From contig NC_043021.1 of assembly GCF_006345805.1 (NCBI RefSeq), positions 11,904,001 to 11,968,000 on the forward strand: DNA of 64,000 nucleotides. The letters run 5' to 3'. Below the pieces are notes generated by a model. The model had not been told where the DNA came from and did not search any database. It saw nothing but the letters and a program-made list of their open reading frames with translations. This DNA is from Octopus sinensis (Eukaryota). Made by a program: the position numbers and the translations under genes. The number at the start of each line of letters is the position of its first letter. Within the stretch, counting starts at the first letter, position 1. Shown piece by piece: positions 1-10,954 of the stretch.

Positions 1-338
1 TAAGGTTTAATAAATGTTGCTTACTGCAAGTTATGGATGATTCTTTTATGACTTCATTGCTTTCAGGCTTAGCTTAAGGTATTTTCGTGCTCGACATCAC
101 AAAATACATCTGAATAAACATTGCCGGACAGCAAATAGAGACTCGGACATTGCTTAGAAAATAATTTTCATTTTTAACCTTGTATATAGTACGCACTAGG
201 GATTTTGACCTTTAAATTTTGGGGGAAAAAATGCGGATTATACTTGAGGATTTATGGTATTCATCTTCAAAAAGCATAACTGGACAAGAGTAATTAGTTC
301 TGAATGAAAGCTCGTCAGGTAGTCTATGATAACTGTTC

Positions 339-1472
339 TTATACGATGTGAGTCAATCTATGGGTGTTCAAACTGTATGTGTAGGAGTAAGCTTTACCAC
401 AAATTTCACAGCAGTATGGCTTCTCTCCTGTGTGTGTACGTACATGTTTGTGTAAGTCTGTCTTAAAAGTGAATGCTCTGCCACAAATCTCACACTGGAA
501 TGGTCTCTCCCCTGTATGGACAAAATTATGTCGTTTTAAATTGTTCTGAGAGAAAGACTTACCGCAAATATCACAGTGGTACGGTTTTTCTCCCGTGTGA
601 ATCTGAACGTGTCGTGTCAGATTGCTGTTTGCTGCAAATGACTTACCGCAAATCTCGCAGTGGTATGGCTTCTCCCCGGTATGAATTCGCAGGTGCACAG
701 TTAAATTTCGTTTGTTAGAAAACTTCCGCCCGCAAACTGCGCAAGATGGTTTCGCTTCTGGGTGAGCAAGCTTGTGTCGGTGCAAAAGGCTCCTCTGACA
801 GAAAGTCTCCTCGCAGTAATTGCAGCTGTACAGTTTGTCACCCACGTGCGACGATTCGTGATTGGTCAAATGGTTTTTACAATAAAACGATTTGCTGCAG
901 ATGTCGCAGTGATGCGACTTTTCCAAATGAGTCACCGAGTGGTAGGTCAGGTTCTTCTTGAAGGAAAAGGTTTTGCCGCAGATTTCACAGATGAACGGTT
1001 TCGTCTCGATGTGCGTCATTATGTGTTGGGATAAATAGCTATTTTGCGAAAAAGACCTACCACAGATTTCACAGCAAAATGGGTTCTCGCCCGTATGGGA
1101 CCATTTATGGACAGACAGTAAACTATTACGAGAAAACGCTTCACCACAGATGTCACACTGAAATGGCTTCTCCCCCGTATGAATCCTAACATGTAAATTC
1201 AATCTGCTCTTTTTAGAAAACGTTTTATCACAAAACTGACATTGGTGTGGCTTGTTCTTGATATGTATCCATTTATGATCAGTCAAATACCGGGCTACGG
1301 AAAACGCTTTATCACACACCTCACATTTGTATGGTTTCTCACCTGTATGGGTACGTTTATGTATCGTCAATTCACTGTTTCCAGAGAATGCTTGTCCACA
1401 AATTTCACAAACACATGTTTTTTTCCGATTTCTTCTTTGATCACCAAACCTACTTCGAGATTTTCTTTTCAT
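339..1472 (-). CDS. Tandem C2H2 zinc-finger protein, 13 fingers, no recognisable effector domain (377 aa)
   Basis: Uninterrupted ORF with 13 CxxC-x12-HxxxH units and TGEKP(Y/F) linkers. Finger 11 has an 11-residue spacer. An in-frame stop at 1497-1499 lies upstream of the ATG. Confidence 0.93.
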   Translation of the reverse strand: MKRKSRSRFGDQRRNRKKTCVCEICGQAFSGNSELTIHKRTHTGEKPYKCEVCDKAFSVARYLTDHKWIHIKNKPHQCQFCDKTFSKKSRLNLHVRIHTGEKPFQCDICGEAFSRNSLLSVHKWSHTGENPFCCEICGRSFSQNSYLSQHIMTHIETKPFICEICGKTFSFKKNLTYHSVTHLEKSHHCDICSKSFYCKNHLTNHESSHVGDKLYSCNYCEETFCQRSLLHRHKLAHPEAKPSCAVCGRKFSNKRNLTVHLRIHTGEKPYHCEICGKSFAANSNLTRHVQIHTGEKPYHCDICGKSFSQNNLKRHNFVHTGERPFQCEICGRAFTFKTDLHKHVRTHTGEKPYCCEICGKAYSYTYSLNTHRLTHIV

Positions 1473-2177
1473 TTTGTAAGGTTGCCTAAATTTCTTTTAA
1501 ATTTGCAATTTCAATAAGAATCCGTCAACGCCATTAATTTATGGAGAAAGAAATCCAACATGAATCTCCAACACAAATTTTACCACAATGGGGTCTGTTT
1601 TCTTCTGATGCAATTTCTTCTCCTTTGATACGTCAAGATTTTCTTTTCATTTTGTAAGGTTGTTAAAATTTAGTTTTTCTTTAAATTTTAATTTGCAATT
1701 TCAATAAGAATCCTTTAATTTAACACCAATAAATTAAGGATGAAGAAACCCAACATGAAACTTGAACAAACATTTCCCATGATGGGGTTTGATTGTTGTT
1801 GGTTTTTTTGTTTTGCATTGGTTTCTTTTTTTATTTGTTACAATGTCCCCAAAGAGTTTTGTTACCATACTTGCATCCATTAATAATTAAAGAATTCACC
1901 TAATTTTATCGACTGGAGTTAACGAAATATGAAAATATTCCATCAGTTTTCTTAAAAGAGTTATACATGGAGTAAAATTTTCAGTCTCAGAAGAAAAGCA
2001 TTTCACTTCTGATTGGAAGTGAAGAAATCCAGAGAGAAGGCTGGAGGAAGCTATAGCACAAATTCATAGAATTTCCAGACTCATTGTTTAAACTACTGCA
2101 TTCCAAATGGCAAATGTATTCTTACAGTTTAATGTGTAGAAAGAGAATTTCAGGCATTTCTCCTCATTTGTGGATAC

Positions 2178-2190
2178 CTAAAATAGAAAA
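2178..2190 (-). promoter_or_regulatory. Putative splice acceptor of the ZNF1 terminal exon
   Basis: Minus strand reads TTTTCTATTTTAG|G (AG at 2179-2178), ~700 nt upstream of the ZNF1 ATG. No transcript evidence. Confidence 0.4.
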
Positions 2191-2310
2191 TTTACGTTAG
2201 GATAGTTAAAGATATGGTGGAAAGTAAAACAAGTTAAAGTTAGTGTGAGGGATCTGTGTTATGAATATGGTGTAGGTAAGGATTAGGTCTGGGCTCAAAT
2301 GATTATACAT

Positions 2311-2945
2311 AGTGTGTGTGAGCGAGTGAGCATGTGGGTGATTGAGCGAGCGCGCGGGCAAATGAGTGAGTGCGTGGGCGGATGAACGAGCACACGGGTG
2401 AGTGAGCAAGCACAGGGGCGAGTGAGTGAGCGAGCACGTGGGCAAATGAACAAGCACATGGGCGAATGAACGAGCACGTGGGCGAATGAACGAGCACGTG
2501 GGCGAATGAACGAGCACGTGGGCGAATGAGCGAGCACGTGGGCGAATGAGCGAGCACGTTGGTGAGTGGGCGAATGAGCGAGCGCGTTGGTGAATGAGCG
2601 AATGAACGAGCGCGTGGGCAAATGAGTGAGCACGTGGGTGAATGAACGAGCACGTGGGCGAATGAGCGAGCACGTGGGCGAATGAGCGAGCACGTGGGCG
2701 AATGAGCGAGCACGTGGGCGAATGAACAAGCACGTGGGCGAATGAACGAGCACATGGGTGAATGAACGAGCGCGTGGGCGAATGAACGAGCGCGTGGGCG
2801 AATGAACGAGCAAGCACGTGGGCGAATGAACTAGCACGTGGGCGAATGAACGAGCACGTGGGCGAATGAATGAGCACGTGGGCGAATGAACGAGCACGTG
2901 GGCGAATGAATGAGCACATGGGTGAGTGAGTGAGCATATGAGCAA
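2311..2945. repeat. 20-bp CpG-rich minisatellite (GGGCGAATGAACGAGCACGT)n
   Basis: About 30 imperfect tandem copies, homogeneous in the centre and degenerate at the edges. Explains the spurious ORFs at 2206-2945. Confidence 0.97.
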
Positions 2946-3881
2946 GTGTGTGAAGACACAGAGTAAAGTGAAAGATGTTTGTGAATGTGTGTGCAGAAAT
3001 GTGCCCTGGTTTAGAGAGCCCTAATTGAAAAGGCTTTGATCAAATGTATTCTAATTGTGATTGTCACATCTTATTTTTTTAGGTGGGGATTGGGTGGGAA
3101 TAGGAAGGATCTTCTCTCTGGAACTTCCTAATATGCCCTTCCCCTTTTCAGAGAGTAGGTTGTGATTTCAGTGACACTTGATAGCTATTTCTAACAGGTC
3201 TAGCAAGCCTGCGGAGGCTCTTTTGTAGACTAACACAGAAATAGGTCATAGCATTATTTCACATCTGGTTTACCAATAAAAAAAGTGGGAGGAAAAAAAG
3301 GACAAAGTTATGATTGGAACAGAAAAGTAACAAATGAAAATGGCTTGGAATTTTGGCCAGTCATATTGCCCTAGCATGGCTACAGCTGGAACAGGTAAAA
3401 GTGTAAAGGGTTGACCCCTTAACAAGTAAATTTAGTTTGCGATTATGAACCAGCAATATGTAAGAAAAGGAAAATATATCAACCATGCATTAGTTGCATT
3501 AATTTATGTTTATATTTCAGCTTCAGTCTTTAACCCTTTAAAGAGTATAGACCCCTTTCAGTCATGAATGACCATGGGATTGCATCTAGAAAGTTCCCCT
3601 CTGAGGCACAAGTCTGGGCAAGGTTGTTTGTGGAAGACCAGCAGTTACCCATGCATACCAGCCACCGATGTTATTCTGTCGGTTTCTTTTGCCGAACTGC
3701 TAAGTTATGGGGATGCAAACACACCGGCCTGATAACAAAAATGGCAGTCAAATCCTCAAATTTGTTTATTTGAAGTGTTAAATTTGAAAGGTTGACACGG
3801 ATACAAAGAAATAGGAGAAAAGAGGAAAAGAAAAAGGGGTAGTTGGAGGGGGCAAGGCAGAGGAAGAGAATGCGATGGGCC

Positions 3882-4060
3882 ACATACCACAGAACAAGTG
3901 GGGTGTTAAGTCGCATCTCGCGATAATGACGGCGATGGCCCGCAACACTCGTGCAGTAGCCATTCCATCATGCGGGGTTCGTTTCTCCGACGGGCCAACG
4001 TTATCAGTTTTGCGGAGATCTGTTAAGTGCACAAACTATCGTCTGATTTGGAGTTTTCAA
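3882..4060 (-). promoter_or_regulatory. Candidate promoter / first exon of ZNF1
   Basis: Locally CpG-rich non-repeat segment with TCTCGCGATA (3916-3925) and a minus-strand donor GTG|GTATGT at 3888/3887. Confidence 0.35.
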
Positions 4061-4511
4061 AAATAAAAAAAATAATGAAATGCAATTAAGCGGAACAGGT
4101 CGCGTCTACTTCCATTAGTGGAGAACATTTTTTTTCATCAACTACGGGAGGTAACTCTGAATACTTTTTGTCATTTCTTAGGTTTCTCAGTATTAAATAG
4201 CTTCGGGGGGAAACGGACAAATATTACATCTGGAGTTGTCTCCCTTGTTTATCATTAAAAAGAAAAGGTGAATGGATCATTAATTAGCGTCTAATGTTTT
4301 TTCTTCTTGGTAACCCACCCTAAGACAAGATCTTTGAGAAAACATGTTCCGGCTATGATCAACACCTTTTTTGAAGGCAATGTATCTAGAACCACATTAT
4401 CGAACGTTAAACATTTTTTTTATTACGTAGATAGGGTTTGATTAAATTGGACCTTTTTAACAAGTCCTAAGTAAACAAGGGCCTAGCAGTTGCGTGCTTG
4501 GGGTGCACCTG

Positions 4512-4883
4512 ATGGAAGCACTCCGTCGGTTTCAACGACGAGGGTTCCGGTTGATCCGAATCAACGGAACAGCCTGCTCGTGAAATTAACGTGTAAGTGG
4601 CTGAACACTCCACAGACACGTGTACCCTTAACGTAGTTCTCGGGGATATTCAGCGTGACACAGAGAGTGACAAGGCCGGCCCTTTGAAATACAGGTACAA
4701 CAGAAACAGGAAGTAAGAGTGAGAGAAAGTTGTGGTGAAAGAGTACAGCAGAGATCACCACCATCCCCTGCCGGAGCCTCGTGGAGCTTTAGGTGTTTTC
4801 GCTCAATAAACACTCACAACGCCCGGTCTGGGAATCGAAACCGCGAGTCCGCTGCCCTAACCACTGGGCCATTGCGCCTCCAC
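4512..4883 (-). mobile_element. tRNA-derived SINE, family B (GTGGAGGCGCAATGG head)
   Basis: tRNA-like head GGAGGCGCAATGGCCCAGTGGTTAGGGCAGCGGACTCGCGGTTTCGATTCC. Near-identical copy at 59825-60190. Confidence 0.9.
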
Positions 4884-5187
4884 TAGGGGGTACACATATC
4901 CCCCCCACAAAACAACGAATATTTAATTTTACAAATCAGATAGTGCGACTTAAAATTTACTACTTTAGTTTTATCGCTTAAAGGACTTTTCAAGTTGGGA
5001 GTTTAAAGAATTTGTTTGGTGGTAGCTTCAAATTTTAATGCGGGCCAAGACTACCACCACCACCACCACACACACACACACACACACTATACCAAAACTT
5101 AGAGGGAGATTTGTCTGCTACTTCTAACAGGTCGATCGGCCGTGCTGAAGCTCCCCTCGTTGGCTCGTACATAATAATAGTCGACTT

Positions 5188-5415
5188 GTGGATGACGTTC
5201 AAGACAGATTTCGTCTGAGTATGCATATACTTAGGGACAAGACTATCATCCATTCTCTTTTGCAGTCTTTCAAGAGAAAGTATTCAGTCTCAAACATGAC
5301 AACTCTCTTCACCCTGCGGTACAGGAAAAGTTTGCCAACGCAAACCACCGAAAGTTTCGCTGAACGCTGTGTACGTACATACAATAAGTCAATGATTCCG
5401 ACAGTTCAAAAGTGA
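5188..5415 (+). pseudogene. Possible C-terminal fragment of a non-LTR (L2/Crack-like) ORF2
   Basis: HILRDKTIIHSLL...TESFAERCVRTYNK resembles the C-terminal region of L2/CR1-group RT proteins. Weak similarity, judged by eye. Confidence 0.35.
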
Positions 5416-5765
5416 CAAATGGCGTTCGGATATAGCCGGCCGTTATTCGCGTCAACGCTTTCGCTATCTTGTCCGCAGGTCGAAGATCAACAAGTCCTAC
5501 TCTATGATCGATCCAAATAAGTTACGAGGAAACCGCGTAAAAAGTGGGGAACCAATTTAGTTTCAAGAGACTGAAAGTGCAGAAGAACACAGAAACCGGA
5601 GATTAATCTGTGCCCATTCCGTATATGCCACTTATGTAGATATTGAAAATTGCCGATTTGGTTGTATTTATTATGATATAAAGGGATTTGGGCAGAGTTA
5701 TAGGAAAGATGCACCCCACCGCTTGCTGGGGGAGCGGGGTATAGTGTAGGGCTTCTTTATTCTAT

Positions 5766-6160
5766 TTTACTCTTATACTTGTTTCAGTCATTTGACTGCG
5801 GCCATGCTGGAGCACCGCCTTTAGTCGAGCAATTCGACCCCTGGACTTATTCTTTTGTAAGCCCAGTACTTATTCTATCGGTCTCTTTTGCCGAACCGCT
5901 AAGTAACGGAGACATAAACACACCAGCATCGGTTGTCAAGCAATGCTAGGGGGACAAACACAGACACACAAACACACACACGCATATATATATATACATA
6001 TATACGACGGGCTTCTTTTAGTTTCCGTCTACCAAATCCACTCACAAGGCTTTGGTCGGCCCGAGGCTATAGTAGAAGACACTTGCCCAAGGTGCCACGC
6101 AGTGGGACTGAACCCGGAACCATGTGGTTAGTAGACAGGCTACTTACCACACAGCCACTC
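5766..6160 (-). mobile_element. tRNA/CORE-like SINE, family A
   Basis: Head GAGTGGCTGTGTGGTAAG...GGTTCAGTCCC, CORE-like CACCTTGGGCAAGTG, internal microsatellite, tail CCAGCATGGCCGCAGTCAAATGACTGAAACAAGTA. Many copies in the window. Confidence 0.92.
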
Positions 6161-6786
6161 TTTATTTTATTTTATATATTTATTTATTTTAATGTTTGTG
6201 GATTTCACAAAACGGTAATTACGATTTCTGAAAATAAAATTTTTTATCAAGAATTTCTTTTTCTGTTTTTAATGTTTTTCACCATTTCGACCTCCTTTCT
6301 CACAAGGGGAACCTGTTCTTTTCCCATAGGACGGATATCCCGAAACTTTGCCGGGTTTTGCCACGGTGAAGGCAAGTGATGGATTTCCAACCTCACCAGA
6401 GGGTGGTTTGGGTGTAATTTCTAGCAGGTCAAGCGAGGTTCCTTCGCTAGTATGGTTATGCATTGAATAAATTTGATAAACACACACACACACACTGGAA
6501 GGCTAAGCAGGTCTAAATTTCGAAGTAATTTTCAACACTAGATTTTTTAAAGAATAATATGTACTTTACAAAAAAGTATTGCCTAATCCTTCAGCTTAAT
6601 GTTAAACTGTTTTTATTATAATTCGACATCTCTTGTCAAGAGTACAGGCGACAGTCAGATCGCTGATGTTTGTTGTGTACTCCGCTGTCGTTATTTGATT
6701 GCTGTTATTCTGAGTATCTGTATGTAGAGATCAGTTGTGTTTTGCAGGGTTGCTTTATTTTTACCTTTAACTTAGAAATTGCTGTT

Positions 6787-6972
6787 GTGTCTGGGGAGAG
6801 TCATTTTCTTTTTGTGCCTTATAATTTATCACACTCACCGGTAAAATTTCCACTTATTCCTTATTTTTATTTTCCTAAAATTTTCGTTGCGTCTTGCAAC
6901 CCTGTGGAAATATTACCGGTGTGTGTGTGTTAAATTATAAGGCACAAAAAGAAAATGACTCTCCCTAGACAC
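6787..6972. repeat. Near-perfect inverted repeat (hairpin or MITE)
   Basis: Arms ~6787-6842 and ~6915-6972 are reverse complements (GAGAGTCATTTTCTTTTTGTGCCTTATAATTTA / TAAATTATAAGGCACAAAAAGAAAATGACTCTC). Confidence 0.85.
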
Positions 6973-7848
6973 AGCAGAATATGCTTCAATACACGAACTC
7001 ACATAAAGAATCTTGCAAACCAAATATTAGAAATTGCTAGATATAAAAAGGGGTAAGCCATTTGAGGCTAGAAATATTGCGGGAAAACGTGAAATTCTTC
7101 GAACAGGCATGTCTTATGCGAAATCCATGATGAGCCAGAGTGACGCTGATCACCTGGAGTCGCCTCTGATTATATATATATATATTATATATATATATAT
7201 TAGGCATAATAAATGTCAAAAATGGAGACATATACAACGTGACACGCAGCAGAGAGCATGCTCTAAGACTAAAAAAAACATAAGATGTGGTTTGAATTAC
7301 ACCTCAGATCACAAATTAAACGCCAAAAACCTTTACCAGTTCAGCTACTTCGCCTTTATCCAACTCGAACCATAACATGTCACCTTTTAAAACGAAGGAT
7401 GCACAGCACTATGTGATATCAGATTTATAAAAAAAATTGTATGGTCATAGCTGGAACGCCTTCGAGCAAAACTACTACCTCTGTTAGCAAGAAATGGTGG
7501 AATTCTGGTTTAAGCCCCTGCCCCATATATTAATAACTCTCCATAACTGTTTCTAGTTTGAGGAATTTTCAAAAAACTTCTTCGAGTTTTGTGTTCTACA
7601 CAGAAAGTTTTTTTAAAACGCACCCCAATCCTAAAATTTCCGCTCTTTTTTCGAATTTTGAAAAACATTAATACATGTCAGAGTGACAAATAAACGGGAA
7701 AGGTGCTAGGTGGTCATAACAGTAAAACTTAGAAGTTTAATAATTCCGTTGGACTAACAAACAACAACAAAGCTAAGCTGATTGGATTATTTATCATTTA
7801 GATCATTTATTTTTATCAAGGGTGTGTGGAATCAGGCACGAAATAAGC

Positions 7849-8100
7849 GCAGGGATAGCAGTATGGAAAGAAGTTTGTTTCCCGTCCAAATGATTCAGGG
7901 TTCGGTCCTACTGCGTGGCCCCTTAGGCCGGTCGAAGTCTTGAGTCGATTTGGTAGACGGAAACAGAAACACGTATGTGTGCGCGCGTGTCCTTGTGTTT
8001 GACTCTCTGCCGTCCTCATAACTGTGCAGTACTCTGACCGATTTGTTCAGCTAAAACCCTCCGAGGCGGTTCTCTAGCATCGCCGCGTTCCATTGACAAA
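7849..8100 (+). mobile_element. Degenerate SINE family A
   Basis: Decayed head plus GATTTGGTAGACGGAAAC motif. Confidence 0.6.
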
Positions 8101-8380
8101 CAGAAGATAGAAAAATCTCCGAACGGAACTAAAAGTTGCGGCCTCCCCGCCAGACTGTTCCCTCATAAATACCGCAAAAATGAAAGTTGTCAAATGAAAT
8201 TTTCTACAAATATCCTTCAGATGGTGTAGATTCCAATTATATTATTTTATTCATTAATTCGTTTCAGCCATGCAGTTGCGGTCATGCTGGAGCACCACCA
8301 TGTAATCGGAATTTGTTGTAAGAATTTCCATAGATGGCGAGAGGAATTTCGGAAAATTCACAATAGTCGACTTTGTTTAT

Positions 8381-8781
8381 TCTTTCATTTGTTTCAGTTA
8401 TTTGACTGCCACCATGCTGGAGCACACTCTTGAAGGGTTTTCGTCGAACAAATCGCCCCCAGGACTAATTTTTTTTTAAAGCCTAGTATTTATTCTATCA
8501 GTTTGTTTTGCCGAACCGCTAATGTTAAGGGGACGTAAACGCATAAACAGCGGTTGTCAAGTGGTGATGTGAGGACAAACACAGACACAAACGCACACAT
8601 AGATATATACATAAATATATATACGACGGGCTTCTTTCAGTTTCCGTCAACCAAATCCCCTCACAAGGCTTTGGTCAGCCAGAGACAATAGTAGAAGACA
8701 CTTGCCCAAAGTGCCATGCAGTGAGACTGAACGCAGAACCATGTAGCTGGAAAGCAAGCTTCTTACCACACAGCCACGCCC
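8381..8781 (-). mobile_element. SINE family A
   Basis: Full head-to-tail similarity to the 5766-6160 copy. Confidence 0.88.
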
Positions 8782-9006
8782 GTTTCCTCAATTAAAAAAA
8801 AAAAAAAAAAAGGTAATCTTTTAATGAAATTTTTCTACCAGTAACCTTTCAGAGAGTGTAGATTATAATTACATCGAACACATCACATATCTACAAAACT
8901 TGAAATTTTGAGAAGAGTTCAAATTCTGCCGGTTCCACTTTTGCTTCAGTTCCTTTGGGGGCGATAAAAATGAAATACCAGTCAAATAGTTCCAACGTTC
9001 TATGCT

Positions 9007-9399
9007 CTTTACTCTTTTACTTGTTTCAGTCATTTGACTGCGGCCATGCTGGAGCACCGCCTTTAATCGAGCAACTCGACCTCAGGACTTATTCTTTTGT
9101 AAGCCCAGTACTTATTCTATCGGTCTCTTTTGCCGAACCGCTAAGCAACGGGGACATAAACACACCAGAATCGGTTGTCAAGCAATGCTAGGGGGGCAAA
9201 CACAGACACACAAACATATACACACACACACATATATATACATACATATATACGACAGGCTTCTTTCAGTTTCCGTCAACCAAATCCACTCACAAGGCAT
9301 TGGTCGGCCTGGGGCTATAGCAGAAGACACTTGTCCAAGGTGTCACGCAGTGGGACTGAACCCGGAACCATGTGGTTGGTTACTTACCACACAGCCACT
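9007..9399 (-). mobile_element. SINE family A with a 55-bp target-site duplication
   Basis: Full-length copy flanked by direct repeats 8952-9006 and 9400-9454 (one mismatch). Confidence 0.92.
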
Positions 9400-9469
9400 C
9401 CTTTGGGGACGATAAAAATGAAATACCAGTCAAATAGTTCCAACGTTCTATGCTATCGACCTTTTTTAT

Positions 9470-10540
9470 TAAACTAGTACTTTATTTTTCTCGTCCTCGG
9501 AGGAAACGGCAAGCAAAGTTGACCTCGGCGGGGAATTTGAACGCAGAACGTTAAGAACCGGAAAAGGCATTTCTTCCCCCAACGTTCTAACGATTAACAG
9601 CCTGCCGCCCAAAGCATAAAGCCAACAATTTTGTGGAGAGAGGATATTAGTGCGATAAGGTCAGCCCAACTATTTGACTGGTTTTTCATTTTTATCGTCC
9701 CCGTAGGAACTGAAGCAAAAGTGGAACCGGCAGAATTTGAACTCGTAATGTAAAACAATGAACAAATACTAAAGAATATTTCTTCTCGACACTCTAATAT
9801 GTCAGTCAACACATCACACTAATGTCAATGTTTAATAATAACAACAACAACAATAATTTTTTCTACTATAGGCACAAGGCCTGAAATTTTGAAAGAACAT
9901 GGTTCGCCCATTAGATCGACTCCAGTGCTGGTAGTTATCGACCCCGGCAGGATTTGAACTCATTACACGTAAAGACAAATAATAATAATAATGCATTTAA
10001 ATTTTGGCACAAGGCTAGCTATTTTGAGACAGGGGTAAGTCAATTATATCGACCCCCCCCCCAATACTCATCTGGTACTGTTTTTTTTTTTTTATCTCGA
10101 AAGGATAAAAGGCAGATATTTGACATTTATGTGACAAATATCGAAGGGTTGCCTAATAATAAAAATTTCAAATTTTGGTACAAGGCCAGCAATTTCAGGG
10201 AGGGGTAAATTGACTGCATGAACCCTAGTGAATCACTGGTACTTATTTTATCGACCCCGGAAGGACGAAAGGCAAAGTCGACCACGGCGGCATTTGAACT
10301 CAGAACGTAAAGACAAATAACAATAATAACAGCAATTATATATTTCTTTACTACCCACAAGGGGCTAAACACAGAGGGGACAAACAAGGACAAACAAAAC
10401 GGATTAAGTCGATTATATCGACCCCAGTGCGTAACTGGTACTTAATTTATCGACCCCGGAAGGACGAAAGGCAAAGTCGACCTCGGCGGCATTTGAACTC
10501 AGAACATAACGACAAATAATAATGATAACAGCAATTATAA
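9470..10540 (-). mobile_element. Cluster of SINE family C / C-variant fragments
   Basis: Repeated AAAGGCAAAGTCGACCTCGGCGG(A/C)ATTTGAACTC and GACCCCAGT...ACTGGTACT blocks, all in one orientation. The 10342-10515 copy has the GCCCCTTGTGGGTAGTAAAGAAAT tail. Confidence 0.85.
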
Positions 10541-10723
10541 TAACAGTCTTGATTCGTTGTATTGTCAATATGTCGAATGTGTGAGAGAAAGAGGGAGGAA
10601 AAAAAAAAAACTTACGCTGCATGTTTTGGTTTTCATTGAGTTGACATTAGGTTCATGAAATGTACAACTTTTAGCAAAATCCTGTCTAGCGTGTTATTAC
10701 GAGGAGAAAATTATTACTGTTAA

Positions 10724-10954
10724 CCCCTTGTGGTAAATATAGAGAGAGAACATTATTGTTGCAATTATTATTTTAAGAGGACGGAGCATTTCTATGAAGA
10801 CTTGGCGGTTGGGGAAAATAATGAAACATTTTCTTTTTCACATAAAAAACACGTGTTATGGCCGACCGGAAGTACAGACTTGACTAATCGCTTGCGGAAT
10901 ATTGATTGGTTCGTTCATATTTAAATGTCTCTAATGTTCTATTTGCCACAAGGG
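10724..10954. mobile_element. Possible MITE with ~27-bp imperfect TIRs
   Basis: CCCTTGTGG(T/C)AAATA...GAACATTA inverted at both ends. TTAA is present on the left side only. Confidence 0.45.

Noticed and set aside
473-1517. Plus-strand and alternative-frame ORFs overlapping the ZNF genes (also 17004-17819)
   Set aside because: Antisense or out-of-frame shadows of repetitive finger codons.
2206-2945. Three long minus-strand ORFs (243, 216 and 150 aa)
   Set aside because: They are translations of the 20-bp minisatellite, which happens to lack stops; no protein-like complexity.
4790-4883. tRNA gene calls at SINE heads
   Set aside because: A/B boxes are present, but there is no complete cloverleaf or terminator and each continues into a SINE body.
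5933-6379. Recurrent MSSNARGTNTDTQ / MLGGQTQTH ORFs (also at 9175, 20334, 44166, 50573)
   Set aside because: Translations of SINE family A, not genes.
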